A DNA stretch of 64,000 nt. It comes from Azolla caroliniana (taxonomy: Eukaryota > Plantae > Polypodiophyta). The notes under the pieces were generated by a model, which made no database searches, was not told the origin of the DNA, and was given only the letters and a program-made list of their open reading frames with translations. The DNA lies in the NCBI GenBank assembly GCA_043228905.1, contig JBHGNT010000013.1:6696001-6760000 (forward strand), read 5' to 3'. The position numbers and the translations under genes were made by a program. Shown in pieces: positions 1-13,140 of the stretch (position 1 is the stretch's first letter; each line of letters starts with the position of its first letter).

Positions 1-436
1 GGGGCCATCAATCTCACCCTCCCCCAAATCAAGGCAAATATCCCCTTTAAATGAAAGGGGATATTTTAGTCTCGTTTTTGTAAACGGTCTTCCCTCCTTG
101 TGCTATAAAAGGAGAGGGAAGGCACCATTGTGAGGGTTGCCTATTTTGAGTGTGCGAGGTATACCACATAGGTCGAGCATTAGGGTTAGGGTTAGGGTTT
201 CGAGTAGTCGTTTGGTGCGGCCAATGCGGCCACCATTTTGTAATCGTTCATTTCGTTTTAATACATCTTGTTGATCATCTTGTCTCCATCTTCCTCTTGT
301 TCGATCTAATCTCGTGTTCATTCTTCTTCTTCTTGAGCAAAGCTTCCATTACCTGTCTGATTCCTTCTCCTCCACTCCTTAGTCCAAGACCCCCGTGGTC
401 CCGCCCTTCTCCACGCACGCGTGTAGCAACGCGACA
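1..436 (+). repeat. 5' LTR (partial)
   Basis: Direct repeat of 4341-4776 ending GCGACA. TATAAA at about 104, (TTAGGG)3 at 180-197. Confidence 0.92.
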
Positions 437-440
437 TATT

Positions 441-458
441 TGGTGAACCCGACGTGAA
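441..458 (+). promoter_or_regulatory. Primer binding site complementary to the tRNA-Trp 3' end
   Basis: TGGTGAACCCGACGTGAA lies 4 nt after the LTR. It is the reverse complement of the plant cytosolic tRNA-Trp 3' end (...UUCACGUCGGGUUCACCA), recalled from established knowledge. Confidence 0.85.
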
Positions 459-480
459 GAGGCGACAAGGGAGGGAGGAT

Positions 481-3182
481 ATGGAAGACGAAGACATCGC
501 GGAAGTAATTACGAGAATGGCAAGGGATTACGCAAGAAGGAGAGAAAGACGGGAAGAGGCGTACAAGTACGATCGACGCGAGTTCGATCTATGGGTGTCA
601 TCGGCAAAGGCTCCTCGAAGCGCAGTGAAGGCATTCCGGGAGTTTGATCTCCGGTTTTCCCAACTTTCGGTCCGGGATCAAGAATCGGTGGGGGCCGACA
701 AGGTCCCACTATTCTTGAAGTCAGTCAACGAAAGGGGGAGAATGACCTTTTTTCCCTACCTCGAAGACGATGAAGGGGCGTACAGCCTCACCGAAGATTA
801 GAACGAGGTGGAATGGCGTGTATACAATGCGATGAGAGGCGGTCGGCCACAACGCGGCCCGCGAGCGGCGGAGAAGAGAGAGCGGCGACCGATTACGCAC
901 TACCGCCGGAAGAGAGCTCAACGCAAATCGGTTCAGAGGAGCTCGACATCGAAGCCTTGGTGCGGGAAGCGTACGAGATCTTAGAGGCACAAATCAAAGC
1001 CGAAGAAGGGCTTATTGCGGAGCCGGGCCGAGCGGATCAGAGGATGAGGAGGACGAAAGAGAATGGTACATCGGTACCACGGGAGAGGGTGCAGAGCGAG
1101 CCACCCTCTCGACATGCGGAGAAAGATTGACCGAGGACGAGGTCGGGGACGGTGAGGCGGCGATCGCCGGTTCGAGCGGACATGAGGGAGTTCGGGCATG
1201 GAGGCCCGAAACATCGAGCGGAGAGAAGACGGGCGGTGGTGCCGGGACCTTACGCACACCGGGCCTAGAGACTCCGGCAACCGGCCCGAGAGCCGGTGTG
1301 AGACCTAGAGTGACGGGCGGTGGCGGCGGCAAGGCGGGCGACCACGATGGTGACATGGGAGAGGGTGCAAAAAGAGCGTCTCTCTCGTCTTGCGGCGAAT
1401 GGACGGCCATGGAGGCCGGTAACTACAGATTCGGGACATGGCGGCCTGAAACATCGAGGGAGGAGGAGACGAGCGGCGGTGCCGCGACCTTACACACACC
1501 GGCCCTAGAGCCACTGGCGGTCGGCCCGATTGCCGGCGTGAGACCTAGAGCGACGGGCGGTGGTGGCGGCAAGGAGGGCAACCGAGACAACGGTAAGGAG
1601 ACCGTGGAAGAGGAGGCGGCAAGCATAATTGATGTTTGCATATATGGAGGCGGGGTAGCCACGGACGTCGATGTCCGAATGGAGGTGGCTACGGGCATAG
1701 CATCGACGAGCGGCGGCGTTGCTACCTTACACGCACCGGTTCAAGAGACCCCGGCGGCCGGCCCGAGTGCCCGCGTGAGACCTAGGGTAACGAACGGTGG
1801 CGGCGGCAAGGTGGGCGACCACGGCGACGATGTGGGAGAGGGTGCGGAGCGAGCAAACCTCTCGACTTGTGGAAAGAGGACGGCCATGGATGAGGCCGAT
1901 ATCTACGGAGCAATGGACGCCACTTCGAGAGTGGGCGAAAGTTTCGGGACGCGGTTGCCCGAAACGTTCTACGAGGATTTCGCGAGCATACTCGAGGCTT
2001 GCGAAATCGAGGAAGAAGAGGAGACGAGCGGCGGTGCCGCGACCTTCCACACACCGGTCCTAGAGACTCTAGCAACCGGCCAGAGAGCTAGTGTGAGACA
2101 TAGAGAGACGGACGGTGGCGGTGGCAAGGCGGGCAACCGAAATGATGAAGAGGAGGTTTGTTGCGCCCGAGCGCGGACATAAGACTGGGGAGATGGGCAG
2201 TGGCCGTGAGGATAGGAGGCCCGGAGTGGGCACGTGCGAAAAGACCGAAGGAGAGGTCCGGAGCGGCATCGAGGAGCGAGTCGGGATCCGACCCGACCGA
2301 AAGATAAGCCGGTCGGTAATCCGACCCGACCGGGAGGCGGAGCGGAAGAAGAGTGAAGCGGGGCCCGGTCAACCGGGCCCAAACCGAAGAAGAACCGGCA
2401 AGGCCGGATTTGCGCGGACAAACATGTACCGGCCGGTTACGATTACGGAAGGGAGCCAACCAAACCGGAACTCGATCGGCCGAGACCGATCCGGGCAAAG
2501 GCTAAGTCGGCATGATTGGAGATCGGGGAGGACGGGTCAGAACACGCTACGAGAGCCGGTGAGCGTATTGAGGAGGCCTAGTGGGCACGGTGATCACGGC
2601 TTGCTAGAAGACCGAGAGCAAGAGGGACCTTCCACACCCATTCTAGAGACTTCGGCGGTTGCGGATCAACGTGAGACTAGAGAGACGGCAGGTGGCGGCG
2701 AGGAGTCGGAGGCCGAAGCGGACAAAGTTATCGGAGCGGGTATCTGGTATGAGATGATAGACGAGCGGGTCCAAGATGGCGAGCTCGGGTCGGAACGGGC
2801 TACGATGACAAAGGAAGAAGTGGCCGACGCGGAGGTCGGGTCTACGGCGGATGAAGGGCATAACACGAAGCATGCACTACGGTCGGTGAAGGGCCCAAGA
2901 ACGAGCATGCATCCGAGAGAGCATCAACGAGTGACCGGAAACGGTGGACCGATTGAGCCTTTGAGAGGCGAGGACTCGGTGGTGGACCGAGAGTGGGAGG
3001 AACCCTCCACACCTACCCGTGAGGCATCGACGGTCGCGGATCGAAAGGAGAACGAGGAAACGGTGGGTGGCGGTGAGGAGTTGGAGACCGACGCGGAGGT
3101 CGGGTCTACGGCGAAAGCGCGACACGGTGGAGGGCCAAGACACAAGCATGCATACGGCGGATGGGCGACAACGATTGACTGA
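481..3182 (+). pseudogene. Gag-like N-terminal fragment followed by frameshifted, repetitive Gly/Glu/Thr-rich ORFs
   Basis: An ATG just after the PBS opens MEDEDIAE...REFDLWVSSAK...DKVPLFLKSV...EGAYSLTED*, which resembles gag. The overlapping ORFs 813-1130, 1127-2182 and 2115-3182 contain internal repeats. Confidence 0.55.
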
Positions 3183-4088
3183 CGATGACGGTCAGGTCAA
3201 GCCTTCGAGAGGCAAGCGCGGGACGAAGGACGGCGCGGCGAAACACCAAGATCGACGACATGGGCCGAGCGCGATCGGCATGAGCGGAGAGTCGTATCTA
3301 GGAAAACGGAGGAGACGCGCGGAGAACAACGGGGTACACACCGGGAAGAGAAAGCGTGGCGGCTTCCCGGAGGGCATACAAGGCCAAGCGGGCCAAGCGG
3401 GCGCAAGTCGAGGCGAGGCGATAACGAGAGCCTCGAGGGACACCGACACGGAGGTTGGGATGACGGTACGCTCTACGGCGAGAGAGCATGACAGGCAAAG
3501 GAGAGGCAAGGAATGCGGAATGGGGCCACCTAAGGGCCAAACAATGGGCGCATATTCGGGGGACAACATCGTCGCATGGGAAGAGCCTACGGAAGGCAAG
3601 CGCGGAGCGGAGAGAGTCGGCCCGCCGAGGTGCACGGCACGCAAAGCGTGGAATCCGGCATGTGACCGGGAGCGCATCCGGAGGATATACGAGGCGGACA
3701 AAGGAAGAGCAACCGGGTCGGCGACGGCGTTCGGGAGGACCGAACGGGGAGGAAAGCACGGGCATCGGATACGGCGGGTCGGATGTAGTCGGTGGTTCAA
3801 GGACCCACGGTGGACGTGGCGGATCGGGTCGAGGCAACGACTCGGCGAACATCGTCGAGTGTGGCAGATCAGATGGCATCGACGGTTCGAGACCATTCGG
3901 CGAGGATGGTGGACCAGAAGACGGCGGTGGTTCGTGTGGACGGGGTGGTCTTGCTCGAAGTGGAAGACAAAACCGGGCGGGCCCACGAGGACGCTAAGGA
4001 CTCGGCCGGTCGTCGTGGCCGAAAATCTCGTGTTCTCTCCCCTATGTTTTGGCACATACTGGTGGATGTGCGGTTAGGTGGGGGCGAT

Positions 4089-4776
4089 TGTCGTGAAGAT
4101 TTTCATCCACGAGCGGAAACCCGAGCAACGAGAGCCAAAGAGCGATGTGCAACGTTGCACACGTACATAATGTATTTGTAATAATAATAATAGGGGTAAA
4201 GGGTATGGTGCTAGAAATGCCCCATAAGATCCCTAAGGTATAAAGACGATGTGGTCTTGTGCGCACATCCACGCGAGAGAGAGAGAGAGGTACTATGCGG
4301 TACATAGGTACCTAGTTGTTTGCGAGGAGGTGGGAGTTAAGGGACCATCAATCTCACCCTCCCCCAAATCAAGGCAAATATCCCCTTTAAATGAAAGGGG
4401 ATATTTTAGTCTCGTTTTTGTAAACGGTCTTCCCTCCTTGTGCTATAAAAGGAGAGGGAAGGCACCATTGTGAGGGTTGCCTATTTTGAGTGTGCGAGGT
4501 ATACCACATAGGTCGAGCGTTAGGGTTAGGGTTAGGGTTTCAAGTAGTCGTTTGGTGCGGCCTATGCGGCCACCATTTTGTAATCGTTCATTTCGTTTTA
4601 ATACATCTTGTTGATCATCTTGTCTCCATCTTCCTCTTGTTCGATCTAATCTCGTGTTCATTCTTCTTCTTCTTGAGCAAAGCTTCCATTACCTGTCTGA
4701 TTCCTTCTCCTCCACTCCTTAGTCCAAGACCCCCGTGGTCCCGCCCTTCTCCACGCACGCGCGTAGCAACGCGACA
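4089..4776 (+). repeat. 3' LTR (688 bp)
   Basis: TGTCG...CGACA inverted termini, PPT immediately upstream, and a match to 1-436. Confidence 0.92.
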
Positions 4777-7700
4777 ACATACCCTGAGGTGTATCGACTT
4801 GATTCTTATACCCTAAACCCTTCGAGCATAGGTTTTCGGACACCATACCTTAGGTATACCTTTGAGGTGCTTTTCAAGTTCCTAAGTATCGACTTCACAG
4901 CTGCCCAGTGTTCTCTACCTGGATTAATCATGTATTAGCTTACTGCTCCCACAACAAATGCTATGGCTGGTCTCATACAAACCATACCACACATTAAACT
5001 GTCGACAATCGAGGGATATGGTACTTTCCTCATCTCCGCTTGCTTTGCATTCATCTTGCAGTTTGTCGGCAACACAGAGCCGACCAGATTCACTTCTGAC
5101 ATGTTGAACCTCTCCAAGATCTTTGTCACATATTTCTCTTGTGGCAACCACAACACTTTCTTAGTTCTATTTTGAACTATGTGCATCCCCAATATTTGTT
5201 TTGCCCGTCCAAGATCTTTCATGGCAAATGATTTGCCTAGTGCTTTCTTTAAGATCTTGATCCTCTTCATGTCTTGTCCGACTATCATCAACATGTCATC
5301 CACATATAATAAGAGAATCAAGAAGTCACCTTCATCGTACCTTCTGACAAACACACCGTGATCTGCTTATGTTTTGTGGAACTCATGTTCCATCATGAAG
5401 GATTCAAACTTCTTGTACCATTGGCTTAGAGCTTGTTTCAATCCATACAAGCTTTTCTTCAGTCGACACACGAGTTTCTCTTTCCCTTTCTCCACAAATC
5501 CTTCGGGATGTTGCATATAGATCTCTTCGTCCACCTCCCCATGCAAGAATGTTGTTATGACATCCAATTGTCTGATCTCCATATACATACTGGCAGTTAT
5601 GCTCAGAACAGTTCTAATGGATGTCATCTTTATGCAGGCTTTATATCTATGTGTGTTATTGACTTTTCCAATCTTCACCTTGTAGACCCATTTATTCCTA
5701 AGTGTTCTCTTACCTTTTGGTAACTCAACCAGGTTGTAGGTGTAATTCGCATGCAAGGAGTCCATCTCGTCTTGCATTGCACTCTGCCATTTCTCCTTGT
5801 GTTCGTCGGCAATGGCTTCATCATAGCACTCAAGCTCACCTTCATCAGTTAAGAGGATATATTGACTGGTATATGTCATCAGGGGTCTCCATTCTCTGAG
5901 TGGGTATCTCCTTCCACTTGTTGTCGACTCCGGTCCGGATATCTTTGCCGATTCTTCTCTTGGCTCGATTTCATACCTATCAATCGGTTGCTCAAGGTTA
6001 GTCGTCTCTGACTCATATTCTTCGATCAACTTCAATAGGTCTGCTAACTCTAACTCATATGTATTGGTCAGTTGCTCCAACTCAACCGACTCGGATTCAG
6101 CTGTGCCGACTGGCTATCTCCGAATAGCCGACTGTGTCGGTTCAATTAGTCTTAAGTCGGTGGTAGTGGGAGTCAACTAGGAAGTCGATTCCGACTTTTG
6201 TTGCTTCTAGTCCTCAATCGTCTTGTCTTCCTAGAAGACTATGTCCCAAATCCTAACTACTTTCTTATCAACGAAGTCCCACAGCTTGTAGCTGAACTCA
6301 TCCTCTGAGTACCCGAGAAATATGCTTGGTCTCGACTTACTGTCGAGCTTCGACCTTTGATCCTCATATACATGCATATATACCAGAAATCCGAACACCC
6401 TCAGGTGTCGGTACGAGACATCCTTTACTGTCACGCCCTCTATGGAACATCACCTTTCAATGGCACTGAGGGAGACCTGTTGACAGATAAAAAACTGTAT
6501 ACATCGCCTCAACCCAGTACAATTTTGGTAGCTTAGCATGCAACAGCATGCTCCTTACTCTCTCCATAATCGTTCGGTTCATCCTTTATACAAGCCCGTT
6601 CAACTCAAGGGTCTTTGACACTCACTGTGTATTCAATTCGAATACCTTGGGCCTTGCAGTATTCTTTGAACTGCTCTCTATATTCACCGCCATTGTCGGT
6701 CCAGACAGCCTTCAACTCCGACCCAACTCTCTTTCAACTCTTGCCTGGAACTCCTTAAATAATGACAGTACTTGATCTTTCGACTTTAGTATGAAAGCCA
6801 ACAACTTTCGACTATAATCTTCAATGAAAGTTACAAAATACTGTTCACCTAGATGTGAAGGAGCATCTACAGAGCACACGTCGGTGTGCACTGGTTCTAG
6901 TGCAGCTTCTCTTCTCCTTGGTGTTCTTGTGTGGAACGTTGCTATGTTTTGCCTTCCGACTAAGCAATCGACACACTTCTCCAAGTGCACTCCTTTCACT
7001 TCTAAGAGAAGTTCCTGGTCACCCAGAATATGCATTCCCTTTTCACTCATGTGGTTGAGCCTCTTATGCTATAACTCTCCACTCGAGTTGGCTGCCACAT
7101 TTGCTTCCGACTTGCATAGTCAGGCATGCATCATATATAATGTGCCCTCATTTTGTGCTTGTGCCACAATTAGATTTCCTCGGTAGAACTTCCACTTGTT
7201 GTTTCGGAAGCTACCACTATAACCTTCGTCATCCAACCTTCCAGTCGATTCTGCCACATCTCATAGGCATTTGTGTCGTTAGCCACGTGTTGAAGGACAC
7301 TCACATCAACACATTGTCTGATGGTGACCACCGCCTTCCTATTGAAGAGTTTCCATTCAGACTCCAATACCCCCGTGGGTATTTCTTCTCTGTCAATGGG
7401 CTCATATAGGTCTTTCCCTATCAAGAGATCGTCCATCTTCATCTTCTAGTCTACATAGTTTTGAGAGTTCAGGATCATCATTCCTAGGAAGCCACTCACA
7501 CCTCCTTCCATGCTTGCACCTCAAGCTCTGATACCAGTTTGAAGGGATTTGATCACAGATCTGTGAGAAAGACCAACTCTGATATACACAATGGCGTGGA
7601 AACAGAAAACGGAAAATGAACAAGATACACAGTGCACGTAGTTTTACGTGGAAACCCTAAACGGGAAAAACCACGAGAGAACAAATCTTCCACTATATAT

Positions 7701-7791
7701 AACAAAGAATACAAGGAATGGTTACAACTCTTCTCTTATGCTCAAAGGATAACCACTTCGGGTTCTTCTTAGGTTCACTAACCTCTGTCGC

Positions 7792-7884
<93 letters not shown>

Positions 7885-8313
7885 ACACTCTACAGAAACT
7901 CAATTCTGCACTTTCTATTCTACACTCTACGTTTGCCCTAGGTGTATTTATACTTATAAACAATATGGGCTATTTACAACTGTAGCATCTACTACTATGA
8001 TCATTCCTATTATTACAGTAGCAATTAATCAGTCGACTGGTCGACTACTGGACTTGACTAACCGACTCTTATGTCGATTGTCCAATCAGCCTTGTCGTCG
8101 ATCATCCTGTTAGCCCAACTAGTTGGTCATGTCTTCGACTTAGATCACTTATATATAGTCGACTCTCCATGTCAACCCTCCCTTAGTCAACTCTTTGTGT
8201 CTTCGATTGTCGACTACTCCTTGTCTTCAACTATCAGCTCTTACTCAGCCGGACAGTCAGCTCCTCCCATAGGAGGGACATATACCTAACATGGACACCA
8301 CCTAAATCTAACA
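4777..8313 (-). mobile_element. Degenerate Ty1/Copia retrotransposon, interrupted near the RT/RNase H junction by the preceding element
   Basis: RT motifs LLLYVDDML, QLDVITTFLHG and LKKSLYGLKQA; integrase VHTDVC...YFVTFIEDYSRK; gag start KMDDLLIGKDL. PBS TGGTATCAGAGC (tRNA-iMet) at 7525-7536. LTR about 7540-8313 (TGTTAGA start on minus). Many stops and frameshifts, and a gag-protease deletion near 7250. Confidence 0.88.
7794..7881. repeat. (CT)n microsatellite inside the Copia LTR
   Basis: Direct reading, about 44 units. Confidence 0.97.
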
Positions 8314-8789
8314 AGTCCACATTTTGAACATAATCCCATGACACATTTGTAATTGTGGAAGGTAGCTTCAAATCCTCTAAGACACAATTATATTGAATCT
8401 AAAAGATTAGCCATTGTTTTTTAGACATGCTATGATGACTTACATTGTTCTGTACAATTAGATTGACACATTGGGCAGTCACAAGTGCATACCACATCTT
8501 GTAGTGAGGAGCTATGGTGATGGAGTAGATTAACAAAATCCTTGAGAAAACCCATTTGTAGGTGGTAAACGCAACAACATGTGAATCGATCCTTCAAGCG
8601 TTTCACAAAAAATGGTTTAAGAGGCTCGAATGTTCATAGTTTAAGGGACTTGTTTTGTAAGTGGTGAATGTAACAACATGTGAATCGATCCTTCAAGCGT
8701 TTATGAGACTCAAACTTTGATTGTTGGATACATTCGCTTAAACCTAATAAATAAATCAACCGGCGTAAAAAGAATGGTATCTTATTAAG

Positions 8790-9270
8790 TATTAGTAGCT
8801 ATTTAGCTATAGCTACTAGCTCATGTAGCTAATTAGCTCTGACTAAAAGTTGATGTAGTTAATTAGCTATTTAGTTTTCTATTTAGCTAGTGAGTTTTGG
8901 CTAGTTATTTGTAGGTAATTAGCTATGGCGAGTAGTTCATATAGTTAATTAGCTTACAAGAATGTATTTTCCTTCTTAGCAATTACTAGCTAATTAGCAA
9001 TTCCTAATTAAGTAGCTAATTAGTTATGGCAACTACCTGATGTAGCCAGTTAGCTATGTATAATTTCTGTTTAGCTAGTTAGCTATGGTACTACCTGATG
9101 TAGCTAGTTGGCTATGGCTACTACCTAATGTAGCTAAGTAGCCATGACCACTCTCTAATGTACCTAATTTGTGGTGACTACTATCTAATGTAGCTAATTA
9201 GCTATGGTCACTACCTGATATAGAGAGTTAGTTATGGCCACTACCTTATGTAGCTAGTTAGTTATTAGTT
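8790..9270. repeat. Degenerate tandem array (about 30 bp units) built on the palindrome TAGCTAATTAGCTA
   Basis: Repeated ACTACCTRATGTAGCTARTTAGCTATGGY units. Confidence 0.85.
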
Positions 9271-9514
9271 GGTGTAATGTAAATAGCTTATTCATTATTA
9301 GTATTTAATTAGTTATTGATACTAACTAGTATAGGTAATAGGTGATCTAGTATAATGCTTATTAGTTATTAGATGCTAACTATTTGCGGCCATAAACTTA
9401 AAAATAAATAGAGAATGAAATACTTGTGGTGAATAACTAATTATAGTTGAACTGCTAATACTGAGTGATCTTAGGTTATTTCTACTGATACAAGACTTAG
9501 ATAAATTTAAATAC

Positions 9515-9800
9515 CTAAGGTACATCAAGAACGTGAATGGGATGCTCGTCGTATTGACTCCTTCCAAAACGTTTCCTGCACAAATCCGTCTTATTGGGTG
9601 AAACCCTACTCACATTAGTCCAAAATATGGTGATTATATCCTTGATTTCTTATGTTATGGGCATCATTGGCTTACATATTGTGGTTAGCTTTAGTGGACT
9701 AATTCCTTTACCTCCTGAACTTAAGTGCTTCATTGTATTGTACACACTTTTTCTACTAATACTAATTCACTTTATTGATATTAAGATTGTCGACATCATT
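9515..9800 (-). pseudogene. Transposase-like exon remnant
   Basis: Manual translation gives IFWTNVSRVSPNKTDLCRKRFGRSQYDEHPIHVLDVP, ending at a GTATTT donor. It resembles TE-associated proteins of bryophytes and ferns; the family is not established. Confidence 0.35.
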
Positions 9801-10558
9801 GGACTAGATCTTTTTAAGACAAGATCATCTTCAAACTTGCTCATGTTGAGTAGAGTTTTTCGAAGATTATTAAATATACATTTGTTACATTTCCATTGAG
9901 ACCATCAAAACCAATTATATCTTTTATTGACGGAGCACATCATATTCCATTAAGTATTACCTTCTTATCTTCATAATTGATGTGCTTGGTTACAAGACTA
10001 TCGAAATATTCCACAATTATAGTTCTCTCTATAATTTTAGATTCATTTCTTCCATTCTCAATGATATTTAGATCTACGTCACAATCAATACTATCCTTAC
10101 CTTTAGTTGAGGTGTCTAGCTTACCCTTTAACATTTGTCAAAGTTTTCTATTTTTTATGCCCAATATTTTTTTATCGCTTGTTGTGTACTCATAATCATA
10201 TCTCTTTCTTTAGGATTCATGAGGACTCTTGATAAACACTCTACTTTCCCTTCCATTGAAAAATCTTGATTAGCTAATTCAAAAGAAGAATGAGAGGCAA
10301 AAGCATGTGAGTGGAAACACTATTATAGCTAATTAGCTATTTGTTTAGCTAGTTTTTTGTGGGCAAATCATAAGGATGATTTACGAAATTTTATGTTTTA
10401 TTAGTTAAATACATGTCATTTAATTTATGAGAATACTCAAATATTTGAACTTTGGTTTTTGATGTAGTGGAACTTGGGGAATAGCACCATCACCTAAGGT
10501 CGACTTGAGTGTCATCAAATTCCTGATAATCCTGAGTTCGAGTTCGAAATCCAAACAG

Positions 10559-12335
10559 ATGGAGTACTCTAAGGCACAAACGCAGACCAAGCTCCCGCAG
10601 CAGCACAAAAACTCTGAGATCGACATTGCACCTTTAGAGCTACAACACACGACAAGTTCGATCCTCGTCCAGGTATGTATCAGTTACATATTAAAAAAAC
10701 TTTTTTTTTTCCTTTCTGATAACTGTCTGTAACTTTGGTGCCTATTCATCTTTCCCAAAAATCGAATAGGGCGAAGTCGTTGGAGTCCCAAACAAGGATG
10801 TCTCGAAGATCGGGGTGTAGTAGCAAGTGTGTTTCTGATTGATAGAATTTCGCATTACAGTTGATTTTTGCCTTTAGTGATGATTAGTGTTTGTGTTTTC
10901 CTTAAGTGGTTTAGGGTTTCTAATTACAAATTTCAGATTACAAGTTTCTGGTTACAAATTTCTAATTATTGTCGCAATGTGTTGTAATTTTGAACCAATT
11001 CTCATGACAAATTCGGATGAGGGTTTCCGATTTTTTACGTGGTTGATTTCTGATACATGTTGAAAAGGACAAATTACAAATTTCAGATTATTGTCTCAAA
11101 GTGTTGTAATTTTGCACCAAATTCACATTAAAAAATTTGTTTTTGCACCAATTTTGATTACTGATTTTCTATTTCAGGTGGCTCGTTCCTCCCTATCCTA
11201 GAGTCTTAAACTTCGCAAAATTTTGAAAGACAAAGGAAGACTTTCACAACATATATGGTCTCTCACTCGAGGGTATTGACCTTGTTGTTCTAACAGATAG
11301 ATTGATTAGTGATGTAGACTAGATGTTAGTATATAAAGTGCCTAGAGTGAAAGGCAAGCTCAAGCTCAAGCATGTACGACCGGACCTGTACGACGACTGC
11401 ATGAAACTACACCAAAAAGTCAACAACGAGTTGTCCGTTTCATTTGCTAGAGCTTCTGCATACGAGTATTGCAAAACAACGAAGGAATCTCGTGACCCTG
11501 AAATGTACAGGGTAGCTTGCAACAAAAAATGGCAAGATTTTGGACCATGGCAGTTGATGATGCAACTGCCGACTCCCAAAAAACCCGCAAGTATATGCCA
11601 CATCAACAAACAATGAAAGCCAATGTCGATGATACAGGTGAGACATTGATTAGCTATATATGCTAAAAAATATCCATGAAGCCTATGAGACATTGGAGTT
11701 TTTTAAGACTAATCTAGAGAAAGCAACATTGGCTGCTGCGATGGAGAGCAAAGTCACTTTGGTAGTTACAACAATCAGAAATAAGATTCAGGTACCTATT
11801 GTTTTGCTAGTATATAATATGTTATAAATAACTTGTACATGAAAATGTGCTAGTGAGGCATTATCTGGAACAGGTTGCTCAACACGAGCTTGAAATTGAG
11901 GGGTTGTTGGATCCCCAACGGAAAATTCAATTGCAGACAGAGATCCAGGTTCTTTCAATGAACCTGGACCTTCTAGGTGTAAATACTGTCACTGATTACA
12001 ATTTGGACAAGCTACAAGTAAGTTAATTATTCTTGTTTCTTGTTGTTGTATCTTCCTTATTAATTAATGATTAATCAGTAAATTTCTCGGTTGCGTTGAA
12101 GGAACAATACTCCCATCAAGAAGAGGTAGTTAGCTGCCTTAAGAAGCAGCTACATTTTGTGGAGGGGATGGTAACGAGCAGACAAGAATTGGACCTAAAA
12201 ATTCTTGCTCCCTTACCAAATGAAGGAGAACCAAGAAACAATATATTGACTGTTCAAGCACGTTGCATCGCTTGCTCCCTTATGTGTAGGGGATTGCAGT
12301 ACAACTCTCCCAAATGAGTGGAGAAAACTAACAGG
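10559..12335 (+). pseudogene. Decayed multi-exon gene, probably a transposon accessory gene
   Basis: Coding-like blocks (e.g. ORF 11323-11616, 12096-12317 with a CxxC) are separated by T-rich segments with GT...AG-like junctions (about 10673/11178, 11792/11873, 12018/12101). Stops and frameshifts are present. Confidence 0.4.
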
Positions 12336-12419
12336 TAAAATTGTTGCTTGTGAACATAGTGTAGCTAATTAGTTACATCCTTACAAATTCATAATATTCG
12401 TTGGTTTTCATGTGATCAA

Positions 12420-13140
12420 GTCATGGAAAGACTAGTAAGTATAATGCTTGCAATACTTACTATTTGGAAGAAAGCGAACTTAAAAGAGTGGTATAATAAA
12501 GCTTGTATCTATAGTGTACAATTTTGCTTTTGTATGATGGCTAATGTGTTGCATTTGATTATATTTTGAGCTTGAAACTTCAAAAAGAGAATTTGGATGT
12601 AACTTCAATTGGTGTAGAAATTGATATTACTATTTCTAATTTGCGACACATTTGCGAATGGAGCAATGTATTTATCCAAATACTTAAGATGTTCTAAAGT
12701 TGGGTTTTTGGAAATAGAGGATAAAGATGGCATTACATATAGACATGAACTATACTTCAAACAAATTCCCATGGATAAAGCAAGTATAGTTGAAACAATG
12801 ATAAGAATTTCAATATTGAAAAATCTAAGGGAATGACGCCATTTATCGATGGGTCACTTGAAAGTTGTATTAAATTATATCTCAAAATTATGTGCAAAAG
12901 ATTATTGATGGACTAAATGCAAGGTTCCCTGATTTAAGCTTAAGCCTCTTCAATGCAACAAAATTATTCAGCCCATGCCATTATGCAGAGGATGATGTGA
13001 TTAGGGATAGTAAAGCAAAGACATGGTTGGGAATTTTGATTTCTCACTTACAACCAAATGTTGATGTCGATGCATGTCTTCAAATTTTACATGATGCAAA
13101 GGCTTGTGAAATGGAACTTTATAGGTTTGTTGACACTACC
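12420..13140 (+). pseudogene. hAT-like (ZNF862-type) transposase C-terminal fragment
   Basis: Frameshift-corrected reading FCMMANVLHL..LSLKLQKENLDVTSIGVEIDITISNL, then IIDGLNARFPDLSLSLFNATKLFSP, is typical of hAT C-terminal regions. Confidence 0.6.

Larger units (their letters stand above)
1..4776 (+). mobile_element. Non-autonomous LTR retrotransposon (probably Ty3/Gypsy-derived); 5' LTR truncated by the window edge
   Basis: 1-436 repeats at 4341-4776 with about 5 mismatches. The full 3' LTR is 4089-4776 with TGTCG...CGACA ends. PBS at 441-458, purine tract AGGTGGGGGCGAT before 4089. No RT, RNase H or integrase motifs internally. Confidence 0.9.

Noticed and set aside
3019-4077. Long overlapping ORFs on both strands (352, 287, 193 aa)
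   Set aside because: GC-rich TE interior with no recognisable domain; multiple open frames are expected from composition.
7718-8113. SL-repeat ORF, and similar ORFs at 49254-49846
   Set aside because: Translations of microsatellites.
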